From Oculina patagonica (lineage: Eukaryota), in contig NC_135763.1 of assembly GCF_052425735.1 (NCBI RefSeq), positions 35,712,001-35,776,000 of the forward strand: a DNA stretch of 64,000 nucleotides, read 5' to 3'. Both the position numbers and the translations under genes were made by a program. Each line of letters opens with the position of its first letter. The stretch's first letter is position 1. Below, piece after piece: positions 21,965 to 33,900 of the stretch. The notes under the pieces were generated by a model. The model was not told where the DNA came from. It was given only the letters and a program-made list of their open reading frames with translations, and made no database searches.

Positions 21965-24900
21965 GCGAATACAACTTTCTTTCTGCTGACGAAGACGACG
22001 GCAGTCACAATTCCTTCTACTACGACGTCGACAGCGAAGAAGAAGACGAAGAAGACGGAGAATTTTATCGTCGTGATCGCCGCAAGAAAAAAGGTATGTG
22101 ATTGGATTAAGTGTGTTTAAATTTAACAGATTTTTGAACAGCCAAAATTTATTTGTGTCGTAGAAAGCTTAAAAATAATGGTCCATGTCGTATTAACAAT
22201 TGCCATTTTAGAGCACTTAAACTGTTTAAAATCGCGTTTGGTTGCGGATGGTTCGAATGGAAATGGGTTGCAATTTGAAAAAAGTTAGCCAACATTTTCA
22301 AGTTGTTTCCGCGCGCTCTAACGGCTCTAACACTGTATTATTATCCAAATTCAGGAGCCATAATCGGGGATTAATCGATTATGGCTCCTGCCAAATTCAA
22401 ATTTTAGAGCCGTTACTTTCCTTATATTATAGTACTGGCCCTGAAGAAGACTAGCTCTGCTAGTTGAAATATTGGCCAATAAATCTTGCCCTCCTGACGT
22501 TGTACCAGCCTTGCAATCAATTTGGTTTTATAAGCTTTTAGTAGCTGCATGGTTGGGGCAATATTACATGTTAAATCGAGGCATTAAAGATTGGAGGAAG
22601 AAAATACCTTTGTGAAGAATTAAATTGGGGCCACTGATTCCGTCGAAAAATCAAAATGTTAAATTTACGAAATTTGAACCATGCAACCGATTATTCCTGA
22701 AATTCCGGGAGCCAAAATCGCCAGTTACGGGAAATTTGCGAGAAGAAATTTTCGAAAGTCTGGGTATGCCTCGCGACCAGGTTGTCGGAATGTCGGAAAA
22801 AATGTTCCATTCTGATCCGGTGCAGTCAACTTGAAAATAGTGTTCCTTTCACAAATGAAATTTTTTGGAAATTTATACTGCAATTATTGATCGAATGAAA
22901 AGCACCCTACGCGAGCCTGTAACAAATTTAGTTGGTGTTACCAGTATATAAACAGGATGTGAGTTGCCATGCAGGATTAAAGGAGAAGTTCATTCTAAAA
23001 ATGGCACTTTTTTTCTTTACGCCAACGACAAAGTAATTCCAAGATATGTTTGGTCACCAAATTTCAGCTTTCAGTGAGTATTCAAACCCTATGAAATCCT
23101 TGTCTGAAAAAGGCCGAAAATCGAGAACCAGCCGCCGCCATCTTTGGGTAACTGAGCAGCCTCGCGATGTATGTGTGACGTCAAAGAGTTAACCAACCTC
23201 TCCAAGATGGCGGCGGTCGGCTCTACATTTTTGGACTACTTCAGACAAGGATTTCATGGGTTTTGAATACTCTTTGGAAGCTGAGTTGAATAACATATCT
23301 TTGCTTTACCTTCCCGTTGGCGTGAAGTAAAAAAGTGCCATTTTGGAATGAACTTCTCCTTGCTTGTGAGTGTCTGAAAGGCTTACTGTACTGAATTCAT
23401 TCTTTCTTCTCATTTTAAGGCCTCCTTCTTCCATTATTGTTGCTGCTCATCATGATTGCGATTCTGGTCATTGTGATTATTCTAATCCCGAAAGGCGACA
23501 TTATTGGAAAGGATATTGTCGGTATGTAAACGAAAGAGTTCGGGTTGTTTCGGGACGGGGCGGGACGGGATAGGGACTGGTGATCTTCCCGCTTGGCACG
23601 CGAAGCCGATTCCCGTATATCGACGAAGATGGGTTGGGTCGAGTTCAACTGATCAGTGATAAATCTCGTGAAAGTTGTTTTTAGCTTTAATTTTGCTAAT
23701 ACAAAGCCACATGTTACGGCACTGATACGGTCGGAAAACTCACCAAATGGATGAATTTATGATATTTATTTAGTCGTCGCCAAACAAAGGATAAATTGGA
23801 AAAGATCGTTACACATCTTAGCCGTCTTCTTAAAAAGAGAAACAAAATCGTAAAATACCAAATTCTGTTTACGTTGGAGAAGGTAAACGGCAGTTTTGTT
23901 GATATATTTTTTAGAATATATAAAACGTCGTTGTTTTCATTTTTAGCTGCAGAGCTAGCTTTTTTTTTCTAGATTTAGATAATTGCGACATCGATTCTCC
24001 GCGTTGGCTTTGTCCCCATTTAACCCGTGATCAGTTCTTGATTGTTCTCTCTTTATATTCTAGTCTTTGGAGAAAAACCTATTGTTTCCATCGATGTTCG
24101 TTATGGCAAAGTAGCTTTTCAGATCTTGGAACACGAAACTTACAAATGTAACTCTGCGCCATTCTCCCCGCCGTTCTCGGGAGAAGGAGTATTTGTGCAG
24201 TTGGCGCCTTCTCGTTCCAGTAATATGACGCGCTCGTTGCTTCAGGCCGTGACAGTCTGGCTCGAGTGGACCAGTTCAACCGGATTTGCAGCTTGTGTGG
24301 AACTTTCAGGACGATCGGATGAAATGCGGGTAAGTATCGCAAAATTTGTTGAAACGTTTTGTCTCGATTTAGTCGGAACAAATGCTGTTTATTAGCAATC
24401 CTACGTTAAGAAACTATATGAAACTTTTGAATTCAGGGAACCACACAACTCAGAATAAAGCCAGGTTCGCACGGTAAACTTTTATGAGACAATTTTTATG
24501 TGACAAATGTATTTGATCGTGTAGATGATAGAACAATTATTTTTCGGCAGTTAAGCGCGCGAGTAACAACCTTGGACAGCAGAGATACGCGCGCCCGGCT
24601 CATTGAGCGGAGTTTGGGAGACTGGGGAACATCAAGAGAAAATATTTTCTCTTGGGAACCCATATTTAAACGTAATGTTTGCCACTTATTATGTGACATT
24701 TAGTCTACACAAGCAATTTTCGGATATGTCAACTCTTAGAGCCGTTTTCACTTAAGTGTTGAAAGTAATTTGCTTTCGCTTTGGTTTTGCATTACTACGC
24801 TTCTTGATTGATTTAAAAATCTCGCGGCACTTTCTTAGCCAATCAGAAGTAAAACCAAATCGTGACTTGCTCACGCACGTATTCCCGTGCTTCGTACCTG

Positions 24901-27900
24901 CGACATTGCTTCGAGTTGTGATTGGCTGACTGGTCATGACTGGTTGGTCTATATGTCTTTTGTGATTGGTCGGAGTAATTACTTTGGTTTTGGTGTTACG
25001 ACACTCGTTGAAAACTGCTCTATTTTGCACATAAAAGCTAACTCGTTAGCTTGTCAGCAAGAAATATATTTGTCACATAAAACTTGACCATTTTTTTCAT
25101 CTACAAGAGCAAATAAAAATTTTTACTGTTCACATAAAAATTGCTCGTGTACACTTGGCTTAATAGACCATTTTACAGTTGTCCGCTTAGTGACCTGGCC
25201 TTTGAATGGAAGTGAGGCTGGAGGTGACCTAGTTTTGATACAGACCTCACTGCTTTTGTTGTGTAAATCATGTTATTCAGATGCTAACTAGTTTGCATTT
25301 ACATGATAAAGTAGAGAGGTTTGTATCAATGCAAAGTCACCCTCAGCCTCACTACCATTCAAAGGCCAGGTTACTTGGCAGGCAACTGTAAAATGGACTA
25401 TTAAACACGTTTTTGCAGGTAGTGAACGTTCATTGGCTGGCGTTTCTAGGCCAGCCAACAGGCGGTGCATCAGGAATCGTACATCTTCCATTTTGGACGA
25501 GTGGAACAAGTCATGTGGAAATCACGTTTCCTTCGGTGTGTATATAAACAGAAACCCATAAGGGTTGAAACGTGTAACTCCCTATGATTCGCATTGTACA
25601 AAGCGTTTGCACATTCCTTTACACTAAGTATCATATTTGGAAAATCAGGAGAAACATTTAACCAATCAAAATTACTATATTTGGATTAAATTCACAGCGC
25701 GCGCTAGCTCGCGCTCGATGGCGTAATCTTGTTTTTGAACAAGCTTGGTTGAATAAAGTTAAATTTGGTTAAATTCTCCTGTTTCATCTTCTTGAAGTAG
25801 CCTGGGGAACATCGCTTCGATACATTTTATGTATTTCTTTAGTTTCTGTAAGAAATTTGAGGCGTTTAGGTCGAAATTCAAGCAACTTACCGCAAAACTT
25901 GGCGTACCACAAGGATCTGTCCTTGGTCCTCTACTTTTTGCATTGTTCTGCAACGATCTGCCAAATATAACCGATGGTAGTGAAGGAGAGCTTCACATGT
26001 ATGCTGATGACACAACCATCTACGTCGCGGCCACAAGTCCGGACATGGTAGCCACCGTGCTAAATTACATCTTACGGAAATTATATCGCTGGTGTTGTCA
26101 AAATTTGCTGACGCCACACCCGGGAAAAACAGAATATATGCTGCTATACCGAGGATCATTTACTGGCCCTTTACAAAGCATTAAGCTTGGGGAAAATAAC
26201 ATCAGGCAAGTCACTTCAGCAAGGTGTCTAGGTGTCCAAATAGACAGTGCACTCAAATGGAACATTCATGTCAAAGAACTGTGTAAACGTTTCACCCAGA
26301 AACTGAACCTTTTAAGATCATTGTATTTTTTGCCAATTCCTGCGAGAGTAGACTTTTATTTTAAAGTAATTTTACCGTCTGTAATGTACGGTATGATAGT
26401 CTGGGGGTCGTGTGGCTCAACACTTTTTAGTGACTTAGAAAAAATCCATGTGCGTGCCGCCAAGATAATTTTCGGCTTAGACTGGTTCACCCCTTCAGAA
26501 GACGTGCTGCGTCAAGCAAAGTGGATACCATTGAGGCAAATGTACATCCGCAGGGTACTTTGTTTTGTCTTCAAATGTGTATCTGGAGGTGCTCCGGTCC
26601 AATTACAACACTTGTGGACGGAGCAGAAGACTAATTACAATCTTAGAAGGAAAAATTGCTTGTCAGTACCAAGACCAAAGACTGACTTTCTCAAAAAGTC
26701 GATTACTTATGAAGGGGCCACATTATGGAATTCTTTGAATAACGAGGCCCGCCTTAAAGAATCGTTGGCAAGTTTCAAGGGTGCTTTGAAAGTATTAGGG
26801 ATTTAGAGGTTGTGTATTTTTGTTTGTTTGGAATGCTTAGTTTGTAGTGATTAATTTGTTATTTAAGGGTTTAGTTAGCTTCAATAGTAATTTGTAAACA
26901 CGACCACATCAGCTATGCTGCAAAACATTTATCGTGTATAAATAAAAGCTTTTATTATTATTATTTATTATTATTAAACCAAAAATTATGTTGCGTGTGT
27001 CATTTCGTGTATAAAGCATTCGCGTACAAATTCTTCGTGTTTCCAAATATGGTACTTGGCAAACTGAGTATTCAAACGCTGTGCGCGCGCGTTACGCGTT
27101 TCAACCCTTATGGTTTTCTGATATAAATCTTGTAAGACACAGGAAAATTAAAGGTCGCGAAAAGTTAAGGTTATGAAAAATAATAAGTGATAAAATTAAT
27201 AAAATGATCACTACAGGGCAATTGCTTTGATTTTTAATCAAATTCTTCCAACTTATACTATAACGAAATGTATGGTGATCAGTCAAGAGAGTGTGGACAT
27301 TGGGGCTTAAAAGGTTAGTAGTACACTGATGATATGAATGGGACATGTCAAAACCTTTTATGACCGCTAAACAAAATGATTAATTAATTGATACGGTCAG
27401 TGAAAAAGATTAGAGCAAGTAAGATAGACTGTTAAACAGTAGCTTGTTTTTCGTAAACACAGACTGCATGCATGCAACCTTTTAGACAGGGTAGATCCTA
27501 AAACCGAGGATTGGTCACTCTTGGGACTTAAAGAGTTATTCGAGAAAATGGCCTTTGATTTAGTATATGTTCGCGCAATAACCCACTTGAACTGCTACAT
27601 TAGAAACACTTTCAGAATATTGTAAAAAGGATGTCCGATGTTTCTTCGTGTGTTCATCGAGATAACACACCCATTTCAAACGGCCGCCATCTCGGTTTTA
27701 TATAGGCTTGATTTCCAGCCGTTTTGTGAGCCCGCGTTCCTTGCCCCACACCACGTTCGTTGGGAGGAGGATGAAGCACCGGACTCCCAGAACGGCTGGA
27801 AATCGAGCCTAGGTTTCATATGGCGAGCGTAATCTGGGGAGAGTAAACAGACTAGGATAAATCATGATCGAGTCCTTTTTTGTCAATATTCTTTTCTTTT

Positions 27901-30900
27901 TAGGAACTTAAACCAGCCCCAGAAGTGTTTGTTACAGCAATCCACAGTATTCCACAGGAAAGAAAAGACGCCGCATCTGCTTGGAGCGAAGATGTCACAA
28001 CTTTAGGATTTAAGATCTTTCTGCGAGAAGTAACGAACTTTAGTGGAGGTCACAAAAACATCCGAGTGGTGAGTTAGCTGCTTTATTGACCTATAGCTAT
28101 ATTACCTACTAAGGGCGCATTCTTTTGGGATTATTCCGGAATAGGAATACTCGGAATAGACGGTGATTGCGTTCTTTTGGGACCTATTACGTTTTCGGAA
28201 TAAACGGAATACTATTCGGTTCATTCTGCTCCCGATAGCAGAATGATCGGAATGAACAGAATAAGGTTTACTCGGAATAGGCAGAATATGCGTTCTTTTG
28301 GTGTAGTTTTGGCGGGAAATCATGCGTACCCAGCCGTCCCAAGTCGTTCGCAACCCCGCGCGCGTCGATGCAATTATTCCGTTTTCAGAATACCGTATGC
28401 ATTATTTTGGGAACTGATATTCCGTGTATTCTGTTGTTCCTAAACCGGAACGAGAATAGCCAGAATAGTTTCATAAGAATGCCCCCTAAGTGTTCCAAAA
28501 AAGGTTCGATCGATTCCTACTTTTTGTTGCTGTTGTTGTTTTCTACAAAAAATCATTTAACTTTGTCTTTCTTTCGCTCTTTGTTGTGTTTTGGTGACGT
28601 GAAGACCCGATTTCAATCACAGAAGGCTAACCTGCGAAATTTTGGTTCAGTCGGAGAGTTTATTCTTTTCTGAATGGCCTGGCATCTAGCTAGTCGTGTT
28701 CCTTTTTGTCGTAAAATAAAGAAACAACAAATATTTCAAATTACGTTGGAGTTTGACTAATCGCGCGCTATACTATCACGCCTTTTTCAGCAATGGATTG
28801 CCCTTGTCACAACCCCTCAAGGATGGAAAATGCCCGAGAAATCAAAAATCATGTTCAAGAACACGGGACCGCCGGATAAAAGACTCAAATACAGTTTCTG
28901 CGAGGTGAGAGACTTACAGCACATAACTATGGCAGATGATTAGAAAAAAAATGTACAAAATCAATAACGGTTTCAACTGACGATTTTTCGCGCAACACCG
29001 CGTCAACTTTTCGTGCAACATCGTACAAAATGTACTTGGCATCATGCATGTTACACGAGACGATTTTTAGCGCAACGTCGACTTGCCACATTTTGCGTAT
29101 CCGAGTAGCCTGCGAGAGCAGACGCATTTCCGGCCGTCGCTTCTCTCCGAGCAACGCGCGTCCAGGCCATGTTGAACAGAATTCTGGGAAGGTGTTGCGC
29201 AAAAAATCGACGGCAAACCTTGTACACGAGCCAACTTCCTAAATATTCGTCATCTTGCGTTGCGAGTTTTAATTTAGGTTCAAAAACTCGCAACGTGTTG
29301 CCGAGTAAAAAAATGCGCAAAAACTCGTCTCCGATACCATGTTACACGGTGTAAGATTTTTCACGCAACGTTGTTGCGCAAAACAATTTTGGTGCAAGTT
29401 GTCCCGTGCAACACCGCCTTTAGGCTAGGAAATCTATTTTAGCAATGCACACGGCAGTCGTACATCACATGTTATCCCTAGCTTGCAAATGTTGACTTGT
29501 GCAATGACTTTGTCTTTGTAGGCTGTTTCATTTAAACAGCCTTTCTACCAGGCCCCTGTCCTGCTTCTCAGTCCGAGACACAAGTGGAACAAAGGGCAAG
29601 AGGGGAAAATCAATCCTGAAAATAACGCCATTACCTCATGGGTGGAGGTAGGTATTCTGTGAACATTTTCAACAATGCAGACGTGACGGTATACCTTACT
29701 TAACATCCCATATAAACGTGGTAGGTAAAAAAGGTAAAGTCTGTGTCCGAGTTAAGTGACCAATATATACAACCGGAGATTATTTCGGTTTCTGTAGCAT
29801 TAAGCGACTAGAAGTATTGCTACTCCCCCTGAATGGGATGCCAGTCCATCGCAGGATTACCCCCCAGCAGTAAATTCATTTATACAGCTGGGTGGAGAGA
29901 GACACTATGAAATGAAAGCGTCTTGCCCAAGAACACAACGCAGTGCCCGGTCAGGGCTCGAACCCGGGCCGTTCGACTCGGAGTCGAACGCGCTAATCAT
30001 TAGGCCACCGCGCCTCCCACTAAACGTGGCAGGAGAGGTTGCCAAATATGTTTTTGAGCGTGGCTCGAATTTTGCAAAGAGGAACCAAATCTAAATTGTA
30101 GTTGCGTTTTCGCTCAATAAAAAAAAAAAAAAAAAAAAACTCGACAGAAGCGTTAGATTTCAAAATTATCTGTGGTACCAAGCTACGAATTTTAACCCTT
30201 ATGAGGTCCCCTATAAACTAAAGTGCGACGATCGATAACAGGCAACAGTTTTTAGTAATGAATACGCAACAAAATGTTATTCTTTAGTATTTATAGCTGG
30301 TTTCAATATAAGCTCACTTTTCTTTTTGTTTTTACAAAGAATCTCGACAAAGTTGGTTTCACGGCGTGCGTGAAAGACTTGCAATCAATCGAAAAACACC
30401 ATGATCCCATAACTGTGCAGTACATTGCTTTTGGGGGTAAGTGAATAACAATTAAACCTGATCAAATTTGGGGTGGATTTTTTTTTTTGCAAAATGCGTG
30501 GTAAAGCCGTCACATCTGCCCGCTGGATATTTTTCAGTTCGAAAACAATAAAAAATTCCAATGGGCAAATTCGACGTCTATACGCGTATGTTGCAAGTCA
30601 ATACGCCCTTTATATTAAGCAACTTATTGTCAAATCTCTTACTGATATCGCACTGGAGAGTGATGTGGGATTTACTACTGGAGGATGGCAAGGTGGCGAA
30701 AATGTTTACTTGGAGGGGAGCAGGGGGATAGTGTGGCAGGAACCTAGGAGTAAATTAAAGCAGGCTGGAACTTTACGAGAGGCGGGAACCGAGAGATCTA
30801 GAAAAAAGGAAAAATATCTCAAAATTGCGTCTTTTTTGCAACAGATAGAAAAAAAGCAGGAACCACTACGAAAGGGGTGGATACAGTAAACACCCGCGTG

Positions 30901-33900
30901 TAGGAACCTACAATTTTCTAAGTTTGGCAAAATAGGTTCTTGTATTTGGGGGTAGTTATTGGTAATTTAGGCTAAGTAGGTTCTTAATAAGTTCTTAATT
31001 TCTAAGGAGGAGCATAGTTTTTGATTGTACGAAAAGAAAAAAAAATGGGTTTGTCCTCATATACAGCATTTATTCATAACTGTACTGCTCAAGCCTCATG
31101 CAAGGTCCAAAGAAGACAATTACAGTCTATGTGAATCTGTCTTTTCTTTATTTGTAAACACAGTTTGGGATGTTTTTAAAAATGTTCATAAAAATTTCTA
31201 TAACCCAGAACCTGCTAAATTTCTTCAAACAGGTTCTTTATTTTGGGGTTAAAATGGCAAATTTCGCCAGCAGGTTCTTAAACCACTAGGTTCTTACACG
31301 CGGGTGTTTACTGTACTGGAAGGTTCAGGTAGCAGGAAATTAGGACCCTCTACAGTCCCCCTCTCACTAGCTCTTTTGCGGTTCATTTCTAGAAATTCAA
31401 AAACAACTACTATCTGATGTTTTCATCATTGTTATGCTATTTGACCCTATTTGCTTGTTCTAATAGATTTGGATCCTTGTCGAAAGGTTGTATGTTCTAG
31501 ATACGCCACGTGTAAAGTCTTTGGTCCAAATGACGGAAGATGCGTGTGCAATGAAGACCTTCCAGGATATGAAGACGAGATATGTTCAGAAGATAGTGTC
31601 ACGTACCAGAATTATGAGTTCTTAGAGAAGGATGAATGTTTGCAAAACAAGTACATTGGAGTGAAGAAAAATGGAAGCTGTGAACGTAAGTAAAAATGTC
31701 ACTTCTTTGACAAAGTGTCGAATGTAATCTCGAGTTTGTTCTTGCCGTCAATTTGCGTTTTGCTGAACTCAAAGAAAAACCTTATGCTCACGATGACTGC
31801 ACTTTCCCGCGCTTAAATCGTTTGCAGTTTTACCCTCGCTTTATTGGCTGCAGTTTTCCCACGCTTAGCATAGGCTGCACTTTTCCCGCGCTTAAATCGG
31901 TTGCAGTTTTCCCCTCGCTTTATTGGTTGCTGCTTTCCCGCGCTTAGCATCGGTTGCAGCTTTCCCGCGCCTAACATCGGTTGCAATTTTCCCGCGTTTA
32001 GCATTGGTTGCAGTTTTCGCTTCACATCGCGCGTCGGTGCAGTTTTCCCGCGCTTAGCATCGGTTGCGGTTCTCGTCATGTTTACGTCATGTTGCTTAGC
32101 AACTCCTTTCACAAAGTTCGCGGGCGCAGTCAACTCTAAAAGAGGAATTCCTCTTGAAAAATGTACTTATTCCCCTGACCCAGTTTATGACATTTCAATT
32201 TCCATTTTTGTATGCCATTCTGATTTCAGATGTATTTATTTCCCTTCAACAGCGTTTTTATTCTACCGAGGCCGAGCCTTTGTTTATCTTGGCAACACAG
32301 AAGCTCAGTGCAGACAAATTTCATTCAACAACTCTCTTTTCCTCTCAAGCAAGTCCATTCACGTATTGCTTGCGGTAAATTACTTCAACTCATCCGGGCA
32401 ATACACTCACGAGGCTGCAGTGGCCTGGACCGAGGATGTTTCTGCCGCGCAATTTAGAATCTGTGCGTTGACTGCCGGAAGGCTCGACCGCGTGCCTCCA
32501 GACGGCGGGCTCACGTACGTAGATTTTATTGCGTATCAAGGGAATCCAGTGGGTTCTGTAACAGGACATGAGAATCTCACCAGCTGGTGGGATGGGACGA
32601 GCTGCAAGGAAGTCGTTCTTCCTCAGGTATGTCGCTATTGTACTTGGCACCAGCGCAGCTCTGTGACATATTGGTGGCTTTCACTGTCAGGCCGCAAAAA
32701 AAAAATAAATCCAAAACTATTGAGTGAAAAAATCAAGAATATTACAGGTTGTAGAATTTACTAGATAAACTACTTGTTCAAAGTCATCCGTCAAAATGTT
32801 CCAGACAAATTTGGAGAGCACAGTATGAAAACGCCATGTTGGTGCCCATGCATGCGGAGGGTAACTAACATGGCGGCTGGAAATTAATGAAAACATCTGG
32901 AAACCTTTGCTGCAACAAAAATCAGTCAGTTTACCCTCATGAACAAGTAAACATTCACATAAACACTTCTAGCAAACCTAAACTGTTCAGATTGTTTAAA
33001 ATCACAGGATGAGGCATTTTTTTAAGCATGCGTGACATCCTTCTGGCGGGCATCTTTGATGTCGTGTGGCGTGAAACTCCAAAATTCAAAATGCTCTATC
33101 TTAACTGGACGGCGGATCTGCTATCGAGCTAAAAACCTTCAACAAGCTAATAGCCAGTGAAGGATAAAAACTCAGTGGTCTTGCGATTCTGGATTTTAGA
33201 ATTTTGTTGACGTCACATGAAAACCAAGAATTGGTCTACGATAGCGCCCATGTATGAATTTATTTACACAATTTTTTGATTTTCGTATACAGTGGTATAT
33301 GGTATTTCCAGAGTGCAAACTCCTCAGTATGATAACCACAACACAACGCGAGAGGCTGGGGCGAAAAACAGCGTACGTTCCAGTCTTCGATAGGGCAAAC
33401 GAAAATGTTGTCTTGAATATATGCAAAATAGTGTCATGGCTTAAGGCCATTAACCCTTACCTTATTTTTCTAATAAATGATATTAACAGATTTCAAAATA
33501 AATCCTAAAAAATACAACCATGTGAGATCAAGAGCCCATGCTTCTCGTGAGATTCCTTTACATATATATTTACATATTTTCCGTTCGTTTTTTTTTTTTT
33601 TTTTCAGGGGAAGTTCTCTCGTCCTCCGTATGTTCTTGTATCCAGTGAGCACACGTACACAGGACGAAACCACGATGCCGCTACTATCTGGGCAGAAAAT
33701 GTCGAAGTTGGAAAGTTTACAGTGTGTATACGAGAAATGCAAAATTTTGACGGATTGCATGAAAATATAGTCGCGGTAGGTAGCAAAAACCTAGGATGTA
33801 AGTTGTAGCATCTTTACCAATGAATTCAATGTTTTCTGATAATGGATTTGGTTTAACCAAATCTAGAGAAATCATTTAGCCCACAACGTAACGAGGTTAC

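Noticed and set aside
23370-23573. His/Cys-rich ORF (HHDCDSGHCD)
   Set aside because: It is the wrong frame of gene B's transmembrane exon. Splice phases select the Leu/Ile-rich frame.
31901-32764. 287-aa ORF as a standalone gene
   Set aside because: It is gene B exon 32253-32626 extended by a tandem repeat and intron sequence.
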